Shown one piece after another: positions 7,355 through 15,312 of a stretch of 64,000 nt of DNA (position 1 is the stretch's first letter; each line of letters starts with the position of its first letter). The notes below the pieces were generated by a model. It worked only from the letters and a program-made list of their open reading frames with translations. It made no database searches and had not been told where the DNA came from. The translations under genes were made by a program, and so were the position numbers. The DNA is from Candidatus Parcubacteria bacterium. GTDB lineage: Bacteria; Patescibacteriota; Patescibacteriia; Patescibacteriales; UBA12465. The stretch lies in assembly GCA_023444045.1 (NCBI GenBank), contig JAEZRQ010000006.1, forward strand, positions 177,786 through 241,785. The letters are read 5' to 3'.

Positions 7355-7407
7355 TCCCTTACTCTCCTCACTTAAAAAATAGGCTAGTAATAGCTTATTT
7401 TTTGTTG
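7355..7407 (+). repeat. Repeat copy 3: truncated att core plus terminator; probable outer (chromosomal) junction
   Basis: TCCCTTACTCTCCTCA (7355-7370) matches the core from TCCC onward with a single G-to-T difference. The following CTTAAAAAATAGGCTAGTAATAGCTTATTTTTTGTT is near-identical to 4413-4446. The ~200-bp arm is absent upstream. Confidence 0.7.
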
Positions 7408-7503
7408 GATAGAGCATGAAAAAATAGTGTAAAATAATACCATATTTTAGCTAATATTAATATAAATGGCAGTATATCTAGGTTAAGCCATCCCTTTTAA
7501 TAA

Positions 7504-7532
7504 TTGACATATTTAATAAAATGTGCTATTAT
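7504..7532 (+). promoter_or_regulatory. Sigma-70-like promoter for the REC operon
   Basis: TTGACA (7504-7509), a 17-nt spacer ending in TGC, then TATTAT (7527-7532). Confidence 0.5.
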
Positions 7533-7569
7533 TCTACTGTTAAAAATGAACTTTAAAAATTTTATGTAA

Positions 7570-7956
7570 ATGAAAAAAATTGTTGTTTTAGTGGTGGAAG
7601 ATAATTCTTTCATGTCAGACTCAATCGCCGATTCTATTCAATATTTCTTTGCTGAAAGAGATATTGAAGTTGAGGTAGTTAAGGCCACGAGTTTAGAAGA
7701 GGCCATTGATTGTTTAACAGATGACAGGCATGACCTCATCACTTTAGATGGCAACTTGTCTCACGGCCATCATGGGTCGGATGTTTTAAAGAAGATGTCT
7801 TTAAAACAGGTTTCTAAGACAATAATCTATTCCGGAGAAATGGGTTTTGTCTCTGATTGTCATAAAAATGGGATACCCGCTTTTTTAAAGAGTGAATCAT
7901 TTTTAGACATTCTTCCCAGCATTGAAAACAGAATTATAAACCAAAAAAATAAGTAA
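7570..7956 (+). CDS. Stand-alone response-regulator receiver (CheY-like) domain protein
   Basis: KIVVLVVEDN (acidic pocket), DLITLDGNL (phospho-acceptor Asp) and a conserved Lys near PAFLKS. No output domain is present. Confidence 0.7.
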   Translation: MKKIVVLVVEDNSFMSDSIADSIQYFFAERDIEVEVVKATSLEEAIDCLTDDRHDLITLDGNLSHGHHGSDVLKKMSLKQVSKTIIYSGEMGFVSDCHKNGIPAFLKSESFLDILPSIENRIINQKNK

Positions 7957-7958
7957 AA

Positions 7959-8513
7959 ATGGAAAATTACATCATCGCTTTAATTCCTGTAGTTTTTATG
8001 GGCATTGCTCTCTATCTGAGCACTTCTAAACTTTTTTTATTAAAGGAACAAAACCGGCTGTATCAGGAGTTTGTAAAAAATGCTCCTTTTAAAAAGTTTT
8101 TTGCGATTTTAGAAAAAACCTCAGTAAAAGCGATTGATTTGCCAATTCGCTTGATGCTGCAAAAGTATTTTGCGAAAGTTTTGACAAATGTTAATCTGCA
8201 CCTTATTCCCAAATTCCTGGTTGATATTAAAAATTCAAAACACGCCGAAGTGCTGCAAAAAGAATTTGCTGTAGCGGCCGTTGGTTTTGAGACCATCTTA
8301 GGTTTGTCATTAACCATAGTGGAGAAGAATGAGGTGGCAATAATTTGTCGGTTTATTGATGAATATTTGCCGGAGGAATCAAGAAGGCTGCAGTATGAAT
8401 GTGCTGTTAGGCAATTGGAATATAATCTGGAAAATAAATATTATGATCATCCTTTGGATTTTAAAAAAGAAATCAAGGACCAGATTACCGAGTTTTCCGA
8501 AAAGGCAAAATAA
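7959..8513 (+). CDS. Hypothetical protein with an N-terminal TM helix (184 aa)
   Basis: ORF track. It begins 2 nt after the REC stop codon, so it is probably co-transcribed. Confidence 0.6.
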   Translation: MENYIIALIPVVFMGIALYLSTSKLFLLKEQNRLYQEFVKNAPFKKFFAILEKTSVKAIDLPIRLMLQKYFAKVLTNVNLHLIPKFLVDIKNSKHAEVLQKEFAVAAVGFETILGLSLTIVEKNEVAIICRFIDEYLPEESRRLQYECAVRQLEYNLENKYYDHPLDFKKEIKDQITEFSEKAK

Positions 8514-8527
8514 AAAATTAATAAAAA

Positions 8528-8560
8528 AGGGAAGTCTTACAACTAGACTTCCTTTTTCTT
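8528..8560 (+). terminator. Rho-independent terminator
   Basis: GGAAGTCT-tacaact-AGACTTCC followed by TTTTT. Confidence 0.7.
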
Positions 8561-8601
8561 TTACCCAAAATATGCTATTTTATAACTATAAATTAAAATA
8601 T

Positions 8602-8922
8602 ATGAAAGATTCAAAGTTACTTGTTAGAGGTTTGGTCCATTCCTTTGGGGTTCTCCTCTATATCATTTTACTGACTATTTTTTTCAGTCAGGCAAATAGC
8701 TGGCTGGGTCAAACTGATCACAAAATTCTTTCTCCGCTACTAGCGATGCTGCTTTTTGTCTTCTCAGCACTCTTAACCGGCGGTTTAGTATTAGGAAAAC
8801 CGATTATGCTCTATCTTGACGGTCAAAAAAAAGAAGCCCTTAAACTGCTTTTATTTACCGGTGGCGGTTTGTTTGCCTTCATGATAATCACTTTTTTAAC
8901 TCTACTACTCCTTAATAATTAG
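8602..8922 (+). CDS. Small integral membrane protein (106 aa, about 3 TM)
   Basis: In-frame ATG at 8602 (MKDSKLLVRGLVHSFGVLLYIILL...). The longer ORF-track version from 8356 overlaps the previous gene and crosses its terminator. Confidence 0.6.
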   Translation: MKDSKLLVRGLVHSFGVLLYIILLTIFFSQANSWLGQTDHKILSPLLAMLLFVFSALLTGGLVLGKPIMLYLDGQKKEALKLLLFTGGGLFAFMIITFLTLLLLNN

Positions 8923-8932
8923 TTAGTAAATC

Positions 8933-8966
8933 AAAAACAATCCTAGAAAATGAGGATTGTTTTTGT
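8933..8966 (+). terminator. Rho-independent terminator
   Basis: ACAATCCT-agaaaatg-AGGATTGT followed by TTTT. Confidence 0.7.
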
Positions 8967-9007
8967 TATAATTAAAGCAATTATTGTTAAAAATTAAATT
9001 TAAATTT

Positions 9008-9727
9008 ATGGAACAGAATAATTCACAACAAATCAAAAACACCCACTTGGTGGGTAAGATAATTGCCCTATTTATACTCTTGCTACTTGGGGCCCTGTTT
9101 GCTTTTTATTCAAAAAATAATCCTGATTTTGAGCCTCAAACCGAAACTCATGAACCCATCCTTTCTCTTTCAACGGATGCCAGGGCGATATTAAGTAATC
9201 AGGAAATAATTTTAGATACTACAAACGAAGCTATTTTTAATTATTTTAAAAATAGTTTTTTATGTGATGAAAGTAATATAAATTCTGATTCTGAGAGACT
9301 TAACTTCTGTCAAAATAAAGAATCATTAGCCGGTAAAACCAATTTTGCTAATTTTTATCTTTCACCAGATAAACAAAAAATTATTTTTGTGGTTACTTCA
9401 GAAATTCTTACCCCCGATCAGGCGCTTGGTATTTATTATTTAGATAGTGGCAAGATAACAATTTTTTCCGATTATTACATTGGTAATGAATTTATCTCTT
9501 TTTCACCAAACGGAAATTATTTTATTTACAAAGGTGGTTGTTTTGAAGCTACGTGCGCCCTTAATATTATAGATACAAATTCTTTGAACCTAGTTGCTAG
9601 TTTAAGTGACTCACAGTATCCTGATGCCAGGGTAAGAGATGTCTTTTTTAATCGCTTTATCTCTGCCAATGAACTGGAATATTCTTTAGGTGATGAAGTT
9701 AGGCTTTTTTCTATTGAGACAGAATAA
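9008..9727 (+). CDS. Membrane-anchored hypothetical protein (239 aa)
   Basis: ATG at 9008 (MEQNNSQQ...), a TM helix (IIALFILLLLGALFAF), and weak PD40/TolB-like beta-propeller flavour (FSPNGNYFIY). Confidence 0.55.
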   Translation: MEQNNSQQIKNTHLVGKIIALFILLLLGALFAFYSKNNPDFEPQTETHEPILSLSTDARAILSNQEIILDTTNEAIFNYFKNSFLCDESNINSDSERLNFCQNKESLAGKTNFANFYLSPDKQKIIFVVTSEILTPDQALGIYYLDSGKITIFSDYYIGNEFISFSPNGNYFIYKGGCFEATCALNIIDTNSLNLVASLSDSQYPDARVRDVFFNRFISANELEYSLGDEVRLFSIETE

Positions 9728-9739
9728 AATTTTAAAATT

Positions 9740-12415
9740 ATGGCCAATAATTACTACAATTTAACTTTAGATGAGGTTCTATCAGAATTAGAAAGTAACA
9801 GCAATGGTTTAACAGAAGCCGAAGCTCAAGCCAGATTGTTAAAGCATGGCCCCAATTCTTTACCAGAGCAGCCAGTTCCGACTAGACTGCATATTTTTCT
9901 GTCACAGTTTATCAACCCACTGATAATGGTTTTAGTTATTTCTGCCCTGATAATTCTATTTATGGGTGATTTAGTTGATGCGCTTATTATCTTCTTTGTT
10001 TTGTTTTTTAACGCTATTATTGGCACGGTTCAAGAAGGGAAGGCGCAAAACACCTTACAAGCTCTTAAAAACTTTGTCACCACTAATGCTACGGTTTTAA
10101 GAGAAGAAAAAGATATTATTATTCCTGACACTCAAGTTGTGATTGGTGATGTGATTTATTTAAGTGAAGGTGATAAAGTTCCAGCTGATGCTAGAATTAT
10201 CAGCGCTAACTTGTTTAAGGTTGATGAATCTAGCTTCACCGGTGAATCGCTGCCAGTTAATAAGAATAGTGAAATTATTTCCGGCAGTAACATCGCTCCA
10301 CAGAATCAGTTAAATATGGTTTTTAAGGGATCTCATGTTACTCGTGGCAATGCCCAAGCAGTGGTTGTAGCCACTGGTTTGGAAACGGAGATTGGCAAGA
10401 TATCGCAAGTGATTTCTGGTCTTGATACCGATATTCCTCTTAAAAAAAGAATTGAGTATTTATCTAAAATGATTATTATGGTTGTGGTTGCTGCCTGTCT
10501 TTTAATTGTTTTATCTGGTGTTTTCTTTGGTCATAGTATCTCGGAAATGTTTACTATCGCGGTGTCACTAGCGGTTGCTATTGTACCCGAGGGGCTGCCA
10601 ATTGTCATGACCCTTATTTTAGCTTCTGGTGTTTGGCGCATGACTAAAAAACAAGTGCTGGTAAAAAAGTTACAGGCCGTTGAAGCCTTAGGACAAGCTA
10701 AAATTGTGGCCGTTGATAAGACCGGAACTTTAACTAAAAATGAATTAGTAGTTGAAAAAATTTATATTGATGGTGATATTTTTGAAGTTAGCGGTGATGG
10801 TTATAATCCGGTTGGTGAAATTACTTTAAATAATAAACCGCTTAATCAAGGGCAGAGTGACAAGTTAACTTTAATTGCTAGAATTGCTGGTTTCTCGGCT
10901 AATGCTCAGGCTGTTTATAATGAAGAGAAAAAGATTTGGCGAACTACGGGAGATCCAACCGAAGCAGCAATGACTGTTTTAGCTAGTAAGGCTGGGTTTA
11001 AAAATTTAGATATAGAGGCGCCATTAATTTTAGATTTACCTTTTGATTACTCAATTAAATATCATCCGGTTTTAAGGTCCTTTGCTGGGAAAAACTTTTT
11101 GGCAGTAACTGGTGCTCCAGAATCTGTCTTAAATAAATGTGTTAATTTTTATCAAAATGGTCAGGTTTTAAAAATGACTGAAGCTGATAGAGAGCTTTTA
11201 AATAAACAGTTTATTGATCTTTCGGTCTCTGGTTTAAGAATTATTGCTTGTGCCTTTAATCCTGACAGTGACAGAAATATTTCTTTAGATGTTTTGCCGG
11301 ATTTAACCTTTGCCGGATTTTTAGGTATGAAGGATGCTTTAAGAGTGGGCGTTAAAGAAACCGTAAAACAATTCGCTAAGGCAGGCATGAGGGTAGTAAT
11401 GATTACTGGTGATCATCCAGCGACAGCTTTAGCAATTGCTAGAGACGCTGGCATTGCCAGTGAAAAAAGTTTAGCCATAACAGGGGCTGATTTAGAGAAT
11501 CTTTCGGACGAAGATTTAATAAAACGTTTTGCAAAAACCAGTGTCTTTGCTAGAGTTACCCCTAGTCATAAGTTAAGAATTATTGAATTATTCAGGCGTC
11601 GCGGGGAAGTGGTGGCGATGACTGGTGATGGTATTAATGACGCCCCATCTTTAGCGGCTGCTGATTTAGGGGTGGCAATGGGTAATATTGGTACTGAGGT
11701 GGCTAAAGAAGCGGCCGATATTATTTTACTTGATGATAATTTTTCTAATATTGTTTCGGCGGCTGAGGAGGGGAGGAGTATTTACAAGACAATTGAAAAA
11801 GTTATTTTATATCTTTTTTCCACCAGTGCTGGTGAGCTCTTAATTATTGCCACCGCTGTTTTGCTTAATTGGCCACTGCCATTACTGGCTGCGCAGATTA
11901 TTTGGCTTAATTTTGTGACCGATGGTTTCTTAGATTTATCTTTAGCTATGGAAAGAAAAGAAAGTGGTCTTCTAAGTCAAAAAAATAGTAAACCATCAAA
12001 ATATATTTTAGGAAAATTATCTTTTAGGAGAATGGTGGTCATGAGTTTAGTGATGGCAGTTGGTTCTTTAGCTCTTTTTATGTATTATATTGAAGCTCAG
12101 CCGGAAAAAGCTCTAACTATATCTTTAACAGTAATGGCGGCTTTTCAATGGTTTAATGCCTGGAATTGTAAAAATGATACCCACTCAATCTTTTCTAAAG
12201 ATATCTTAAAGAATCGTTGGTTGATTTTAGCCACAATCTTTGTTATCTTCTTACAAGTACTAGCTGTTTACACACCATTTTTACAAAACCTTCTAAGAAC
12301 AAGCGGTTTGAATTATCAAGATTGGTTAATTATTATTCTAGTTGCTTCTTTAATTATCTGGCCGGAAGAAGTTCGTAAATTCTTACTGCGCCGGGAACTT
12401 AAAAATAATCAGTAA
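9740..12415 (+). CDS. P-type ATPase, P2 (Ca2+-transporting) type
   Basis: TGES, VPEGLP (TM4), DKTGTLT (phosphorylation site) and TGDGINDAPSL. 891 aa. Confidence 0.9.
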   Translation: MANNYYNLTLDEVLSELESNSNGLTEAEAQARLLKHGPNSLPEQPVPTRLHIFLSQFINPLIMVLVISALIILFMGDLVDALIIFFVLFFNAIIGTVQEGKAQNTLQALKNFVTTNATVLREEKDIIIPDTQVVIGDVIYLSEGDKVPADARIISANLFKVDESSFTGESLPVNKNSEIISGSNIAPQNQLNMVFKGSHVTRGNAQAVVVATGLETEIGKISQVISGLDTDIPLKKRIEYLSKMIIMVVVAACLLIVLSGVFFGHSISEMFTIAVSLAVAIVPEGLPIVMTLILASGVWRMTKKQVLVKKLQAVEALGQAKIVAVDKTGTLTKNELVVEKIYIDGDIFEVSGDGYNPVGEITLNNKPLNQGQSDKLTLIARIAGFSANAQAVYNEEKKIWRTTGDPTEAAMTVLASKAGFKNLDIEAPLILDLPFDYSIKYHPVLRSFAGKNFLAVTGAPESVLNKCVNFYQNGQVLKMTEADRELLNKQFIDLSVSGLRIIACAFNPDSDRNISLDVLPDLTFAGFLGMKDALRVGVKETVKQFAKAGMRVVMITGDHPATALAIARDAGIASEKSLAITGADLENLSDEDLIKRFAKTSVFARVTPSHKLRIIELFRRRGEVVAMTGDGINDAPSLAAADLGVAMGNIGTEVAKEAADIILLDDNFSNIVSAAEEGRSIYKTIEKVILYLFSTSAGELLIIATAVLLNWPLPLLAAQIIWLNFVTDGFLDLSLAMERKESGLLSQKNSKPSKYILGKLSFRRMVVMSLVMAVGSLALFMYYIEAQPEKALTISLTVMAAFQWFNAWNCKNDTHSIFSKDILKNRWLILATIFVIFLQVLAVYTPFLQNLLRTSGLNYQDWLIIILVASLIIWPEEVRKFLLRRELKNNQ

Positions 12416-12424
12416 CGTTAGCTT

Positions 12425-13357
12425 ATGTTTATTAATATCATAATTTTATTTTTTCTTTTTTTGCTGCTCGGCCTTTCCGCTGATTTTTTAGTCAATAATA
12501 TTTCTTATATTGCTAAGGCGCTTCGGATTAGAATGTTTGCTTTAGGCATTATCTTAGGGATCGTGACCTCACTACCAGAAACGTCAGTTGGTATTAATAC
12601 CTCACTGGAAGGAATTCCTGGTTTATCGGTCGGTAATCTATTGGGTAGTATCGTCGTAATCATGGGTCTGATTTTAGGTTGCAGTTTGATTCTTAATCGT
12701 CGCATCAATACTGATGGTGAGCTAAAAATTGTTATTCCGCAAATTGCTATTATTTTTATTCCGTTATTTTTAGGGCTTGATGGTAGTTATAATCTGATTG
12801 ATGGCATAATCATGATTTTATCTTATTTGTCTTTAGTTTTTTATCTTTACAGAGCTAATTATTCTTTTGGCGATGGCATCGGGGTGGCGATAATTGAACG
12901 CAATAAAATTCTAAAAGCAATTTCTTTTTCACTTTTGGGAATTGCGGCAATTCTATTTTTTTCTCATTGGATTGTAGAAATTACGACAGTGTTGCTTGCC
13001 AAGTGGAATATTAGTAAATTGACAATTGGTATTTTAGTTTTTTCAATTGGAACTAATTTGCCGGAGATTTCTATTGCTCTTACTTCTTGGCGCAAAAAGA
13101 ATTCAGAACTGTCTTTAAGTCATCTAATGAGCTCGGCATTTACCAACGTGTTGATTTTAGGAGGGCTTAGTACGATTAGCACAATTTCTTTTACTGTTAA
13201 TCATTCTTATTATAATGTTTTTGGTTTCATCGCTTTAGTGCTATTTTTGTTCGTTATTTTTTATTGGAGCAAGAAGAGACTGGATCGTTGGGAAGGTGGT
13301 ATCTTGGCGCTATGTTACCTAATATTTTTAATTTTAAATCTTGTTCTTATTCCTTAG
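12425..13357 (+). CDS. Ca2+/cation antiporter (CaCA family, YrbG-like)
   Basis: Two alpha-repeat motifs (VTSLPETSVGI ... GNLLGS, and GTNLPEISIA) and about 10 TM helices. Confidence 0.8.
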   Translation: MFINIIILFFLFLLLGLSADFLVNNISYIAKALRIRMFALGIILGIVTSLPETSVGINTSLEGIPGLSVGNLLGSIVVIMGLILGCSLILNRRINTDGELKIVIPQIAIIFIPLFLGLDGSYNLIDGIIMILSYLSLVFYLYRANYSFGDGIGVAIIERNKILKAISFSLLGIAAILFFSHWIVEITTVLLAKWNISKLTIGILVFSIGTNLPEISIALTSWRKKNSELSLSHLMSSAFTNVLILGGLSTISTISFTVNHSYYNVFGFIALVLFLFVIFYWSKKRLDRWEGGILALCYLIFLILNLVLIP

Positions 13358-13416
13358 TATTTACAAAAAAATGGAAAAGTGATATTTTTCTTGTTAGTAA
13401 CTTAAAAATAATAATT

Positions 13417-13704
13417 ATGAGCGTACTATTGGACTATTTGACTTCAGAAACGACGGTGAAGGTTTTTGAAGGTTTACATCACATAGATGATGCTGTGATT
13501 GAAACAGTTGAAGAGGGGAGGAATTGGGCTTTTCAGAAAAAGGTTAGGCTTAGGAGCTTACTTTTGCATCCTGGACAGAGTAATGAAATGATTTTTATTT
13601 CTGATAACAAAATGCCATCTGGTTGGTATTTAGTTTATCCAGGCCTGTTTGACGAGCCATGTTTTAACTTAAGGGGGCCAGTTTACGCCCTAGAGCCAAA
13701 ATAA
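13417..13704 (+). CDS. Hypothetical protein (95 aa)
   Basis: In-frame ATG at 13417. The ORF-track extension from 13264 overlaps the antiporter gene. Confidence 0.5.
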   Translation: MSVLLDYLTSETTVKVFEGLHHIDDAVIETVEEGRNWAFQKKVRLRSLLLHPGQSNEMIFISDNKMPSGWYLVYPGLFDEPCFNLRGPVYALEPK

Positions 13705-13737
13705 AAAACAGCTTAGTAATTAAGCTGATTTTTTTTA
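13705..13737 (+). terminator. Rho-independent terminator
   Basis: CAGCTTA-gtaat-TAAGCTG followed by ATTTTTTTT. Confidence 0.75.
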
Positions 13738-13761
13738 CCAAAAAGTGGTATAATAAGTTAC

Positions 13762-14568
13762 ATGAATAGAAAAAAATTTGGCTTGGCCCTAGGGTCAGGC
13801 GGTGTCAGGGGTTTAGCCCATATTGGTGTTATCAGAGCTCTCTTAAAACACCAAATACCAATTGACTATATTTCCGGCTGTTCTATCGGCTCTTTTGTGG
13901 GGGCTCATTTTTCTTTGTATCAAGATATTGAAAAAACCCTAACGGTAACTAGCGGCAAGAGAAGGGAGAAACTAATGAGTTTTATGGAGCCAAGTATTTC
14001 CGGCGGCTTTGTAAAAGGGGTTAAGCTAGAAACAATGCTCAATGATTGGTTTGCTAATGCCAATTTTTCTGATTTAAAAATTCCTTTAAAGATGGCTGCA
14101 ACTGATATTATTAATGGTGATAAGATAGTTTTTAGTGAGGGCAATTTGGCCAGTGCTGCTAGAATTAGTATGTCTATTCCAGGGATATTTAAACCAGTGG
14201 CTCTAGAGGGCAGAGCTTTAGTTGATGGAGGTTTGAGTAACCCGGTGCCAGTTGATTTAGTAAGAGAAATGGGAGCAGAAGTAGTATTAGCGGTCAACTT
14301 GGATTATTTTAAAGGTTTTTCTGATATTGCCCCAGAAAATGTTGGTTTAATTAATGCCGCTAGTGGTATGATTGAAATTATTAGACACCATTTGGCTCAG
14401 TATGCGTGCCGCGGGGCTGATCTTATTATTCAGCCGCCACTTAGAGAGTACTCTAGCTGGAAGGATCACTTTATCAATAACAAAGATGAGACGATTATAA
14501 AAATCGCTGAAGAAGAAACAGAAAAAATAATTCCTGATCTCAAAAAATTAATTTTTGGAGAGGTTTAA
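13762..14568 (+). CDS. Patatin-like phospholipase
   Basis: GSGGVRG oxyanion motif, GCSIGS (G-x-S-x-G nucleophile) and VDGG (catalytic Asp). Confidence 0.85.
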   Translation: MNRKKFGLALGSGGVRGLAHIGVIRALLKHQIPIDYISGCSIGSFVGAHFSLYQDIEKTLTVTSGKRREKLMSFMEPSISGGFVKGVKLETMLNDWFANANFSDLKIPLKMAATDIINGDKIVFSEGNLASAARISMSIPGIFKPVALEGRALVDGGLSNPVPVDLVREMGAEVVLAVNLDYFKGFSDIAPENVGLINAASGMIEIIRHHLAQYACRGADLIIQPPLREYSSWKDHFINNKDETIIKIAEEETEKIIPDLKKLIFGEV

Positions 14569-15174
14569 AGGGCTTTTAAAATCTGGTTTAAATTTTAAAA
14601 CGTTGCCTTCAACTGAGAAAGTAAAACCTTGATACCGACTGTCGTTGTATAAAAAAGAAAAATAATCATCTAAGGCTTTATTAACCGGACCGGCAAACCA
14701 CTTAGTTGGGAAAGATATCCCGTATAGTTTTACATTATTAAAACTAAGTCTTACTTTATTATCAACGGAAATTACTTGGGCGTTAAAAGAAAAACGCCCT
14801 TTTATTATTTTATGAAAAATAGCATTGACGTTAATAGTGCTGCCATTTGCACCTATCTTTGCCTCACTAAAAGTTGGTTTTTTAACAGTCCCCCCAACTT
14901 CTTCAAGTAAGTAATTTATTTCGGTAACTGAATAGGAAAAGTTATTTTGGTTATTAATTACCGCTTCAACATTTTTCTTTTCAAAAGCGTTTTCCCAGAC
15001 CTTATATTTGTTTTTTGCTATTTCTTGATCAGCTTCGCTAAAAGAATCCTCTGCCGCCACTTCTACCTTAGAGGCGGTTTTTTTAGTGAAGGGCCAGAAA
15101 GCGGAAGTGATGGCGGGAATGGCAATTAAAAGAAGGGCTGCTAGGAAAATTTTAGTAATTTTGGAAGTATTCAT
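14548..15174 (-). CDS. Secreted or membrane-anchored hypothetical protein (208 aa)
   Basis: N-terminal signal/anchor (KIFLAALLLIAIPAITSA). Its 3' end overlaps the convergent patatin gene by 21 bp. Confidence 0.6.
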   Translation of the reverse strand: MNTSKITKIFLAALLLIAIPAITSAFWPFTKKTASKVEVAAEDSFSEADQEIAKNKYKVWENAFEKKNVEAVINNQNNFSYSVTEINYLLEEVGGTVKKPTFSEAKIGANGSTINVNAIFHKIIKGRFSFNAQVISVDNKVRLSFNNVKLYGISFPTKWFAGPVNKALDDYFSFLYNDSRYQGFTFSVEGNVLKFKPDFKSPLNLSKN

Positions 15175-15233
15175 ATTTTTATTGATTATAGTTATATATT
15201 AGCCTTTATTTGCTTAAGGGTCAATTAGAAGGG

Positions 15234-15262
15234 TTGACCTGAAGCAGAAAAGACGCTATATT
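15234..15262 (+). promoter_or_regulatory. Sigma-70-like promoter of the trx-trxB/zwf operon
   Basis: TTGACC (15234-15239), a 17-nt spacer, then TATATT (15257-15262). Confidence 0.5.
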
Positions 15263-15265
15263 ATA

Positions 15266-15284
15266 CACACCCCTATGGGGTATA
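15266..15284. promoter_or_regulatory. C4-TAT-G4 inverted repeat just downstream of the -10 box; candidate operator
   Basis: ACACCCCTATGGGGTAT. Only the CCCC/GGGG core is strictly symmetric. Confidence 0.25.
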
Positions 15285-15312
15285 TTTTAGATACTATTTA
15301 AATTTAGAAAAT

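Larger units (their letters stand above)
4413..7370. mobile_element. Two integrase-less modules delimited by att-like cores (4413-6215 and 6216-7370); cis-mobilizable-element-like remnants
   Basis: Each module carries only orphan ORFs and is bounded by copies of the same core. No recombinase lies inside either module. Confidence 0.4.

Noticed and set aside
1-7407. The idea that the integrase plus ORF-repeat-ORF-repeat layout is an integron with attC sites
   Set aside because: The integrase is separated from the array by xis, rep and other genes and is not divergent from an attI site. The repeats end in a tRNA-like 3' half rather than R''/L''-L'/R' attC inverted repeats. GTTATAT does not fit the GTTRRRY core. 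Tandem tRNA-site integration explains the data better.
8356-8601. Long N-terminal extensions given by the ORF track for 8356..8922 and 13264..13704, plus TTG-start extensions at 4516, 8984, 19442, 20894, 21172, 28071, 30507 and 62674
   Set aside because: The extensions overlap the preceding gene or cross its terminator. In-frame ATGs with better context exist downstream, so I used the shorter coordinates.
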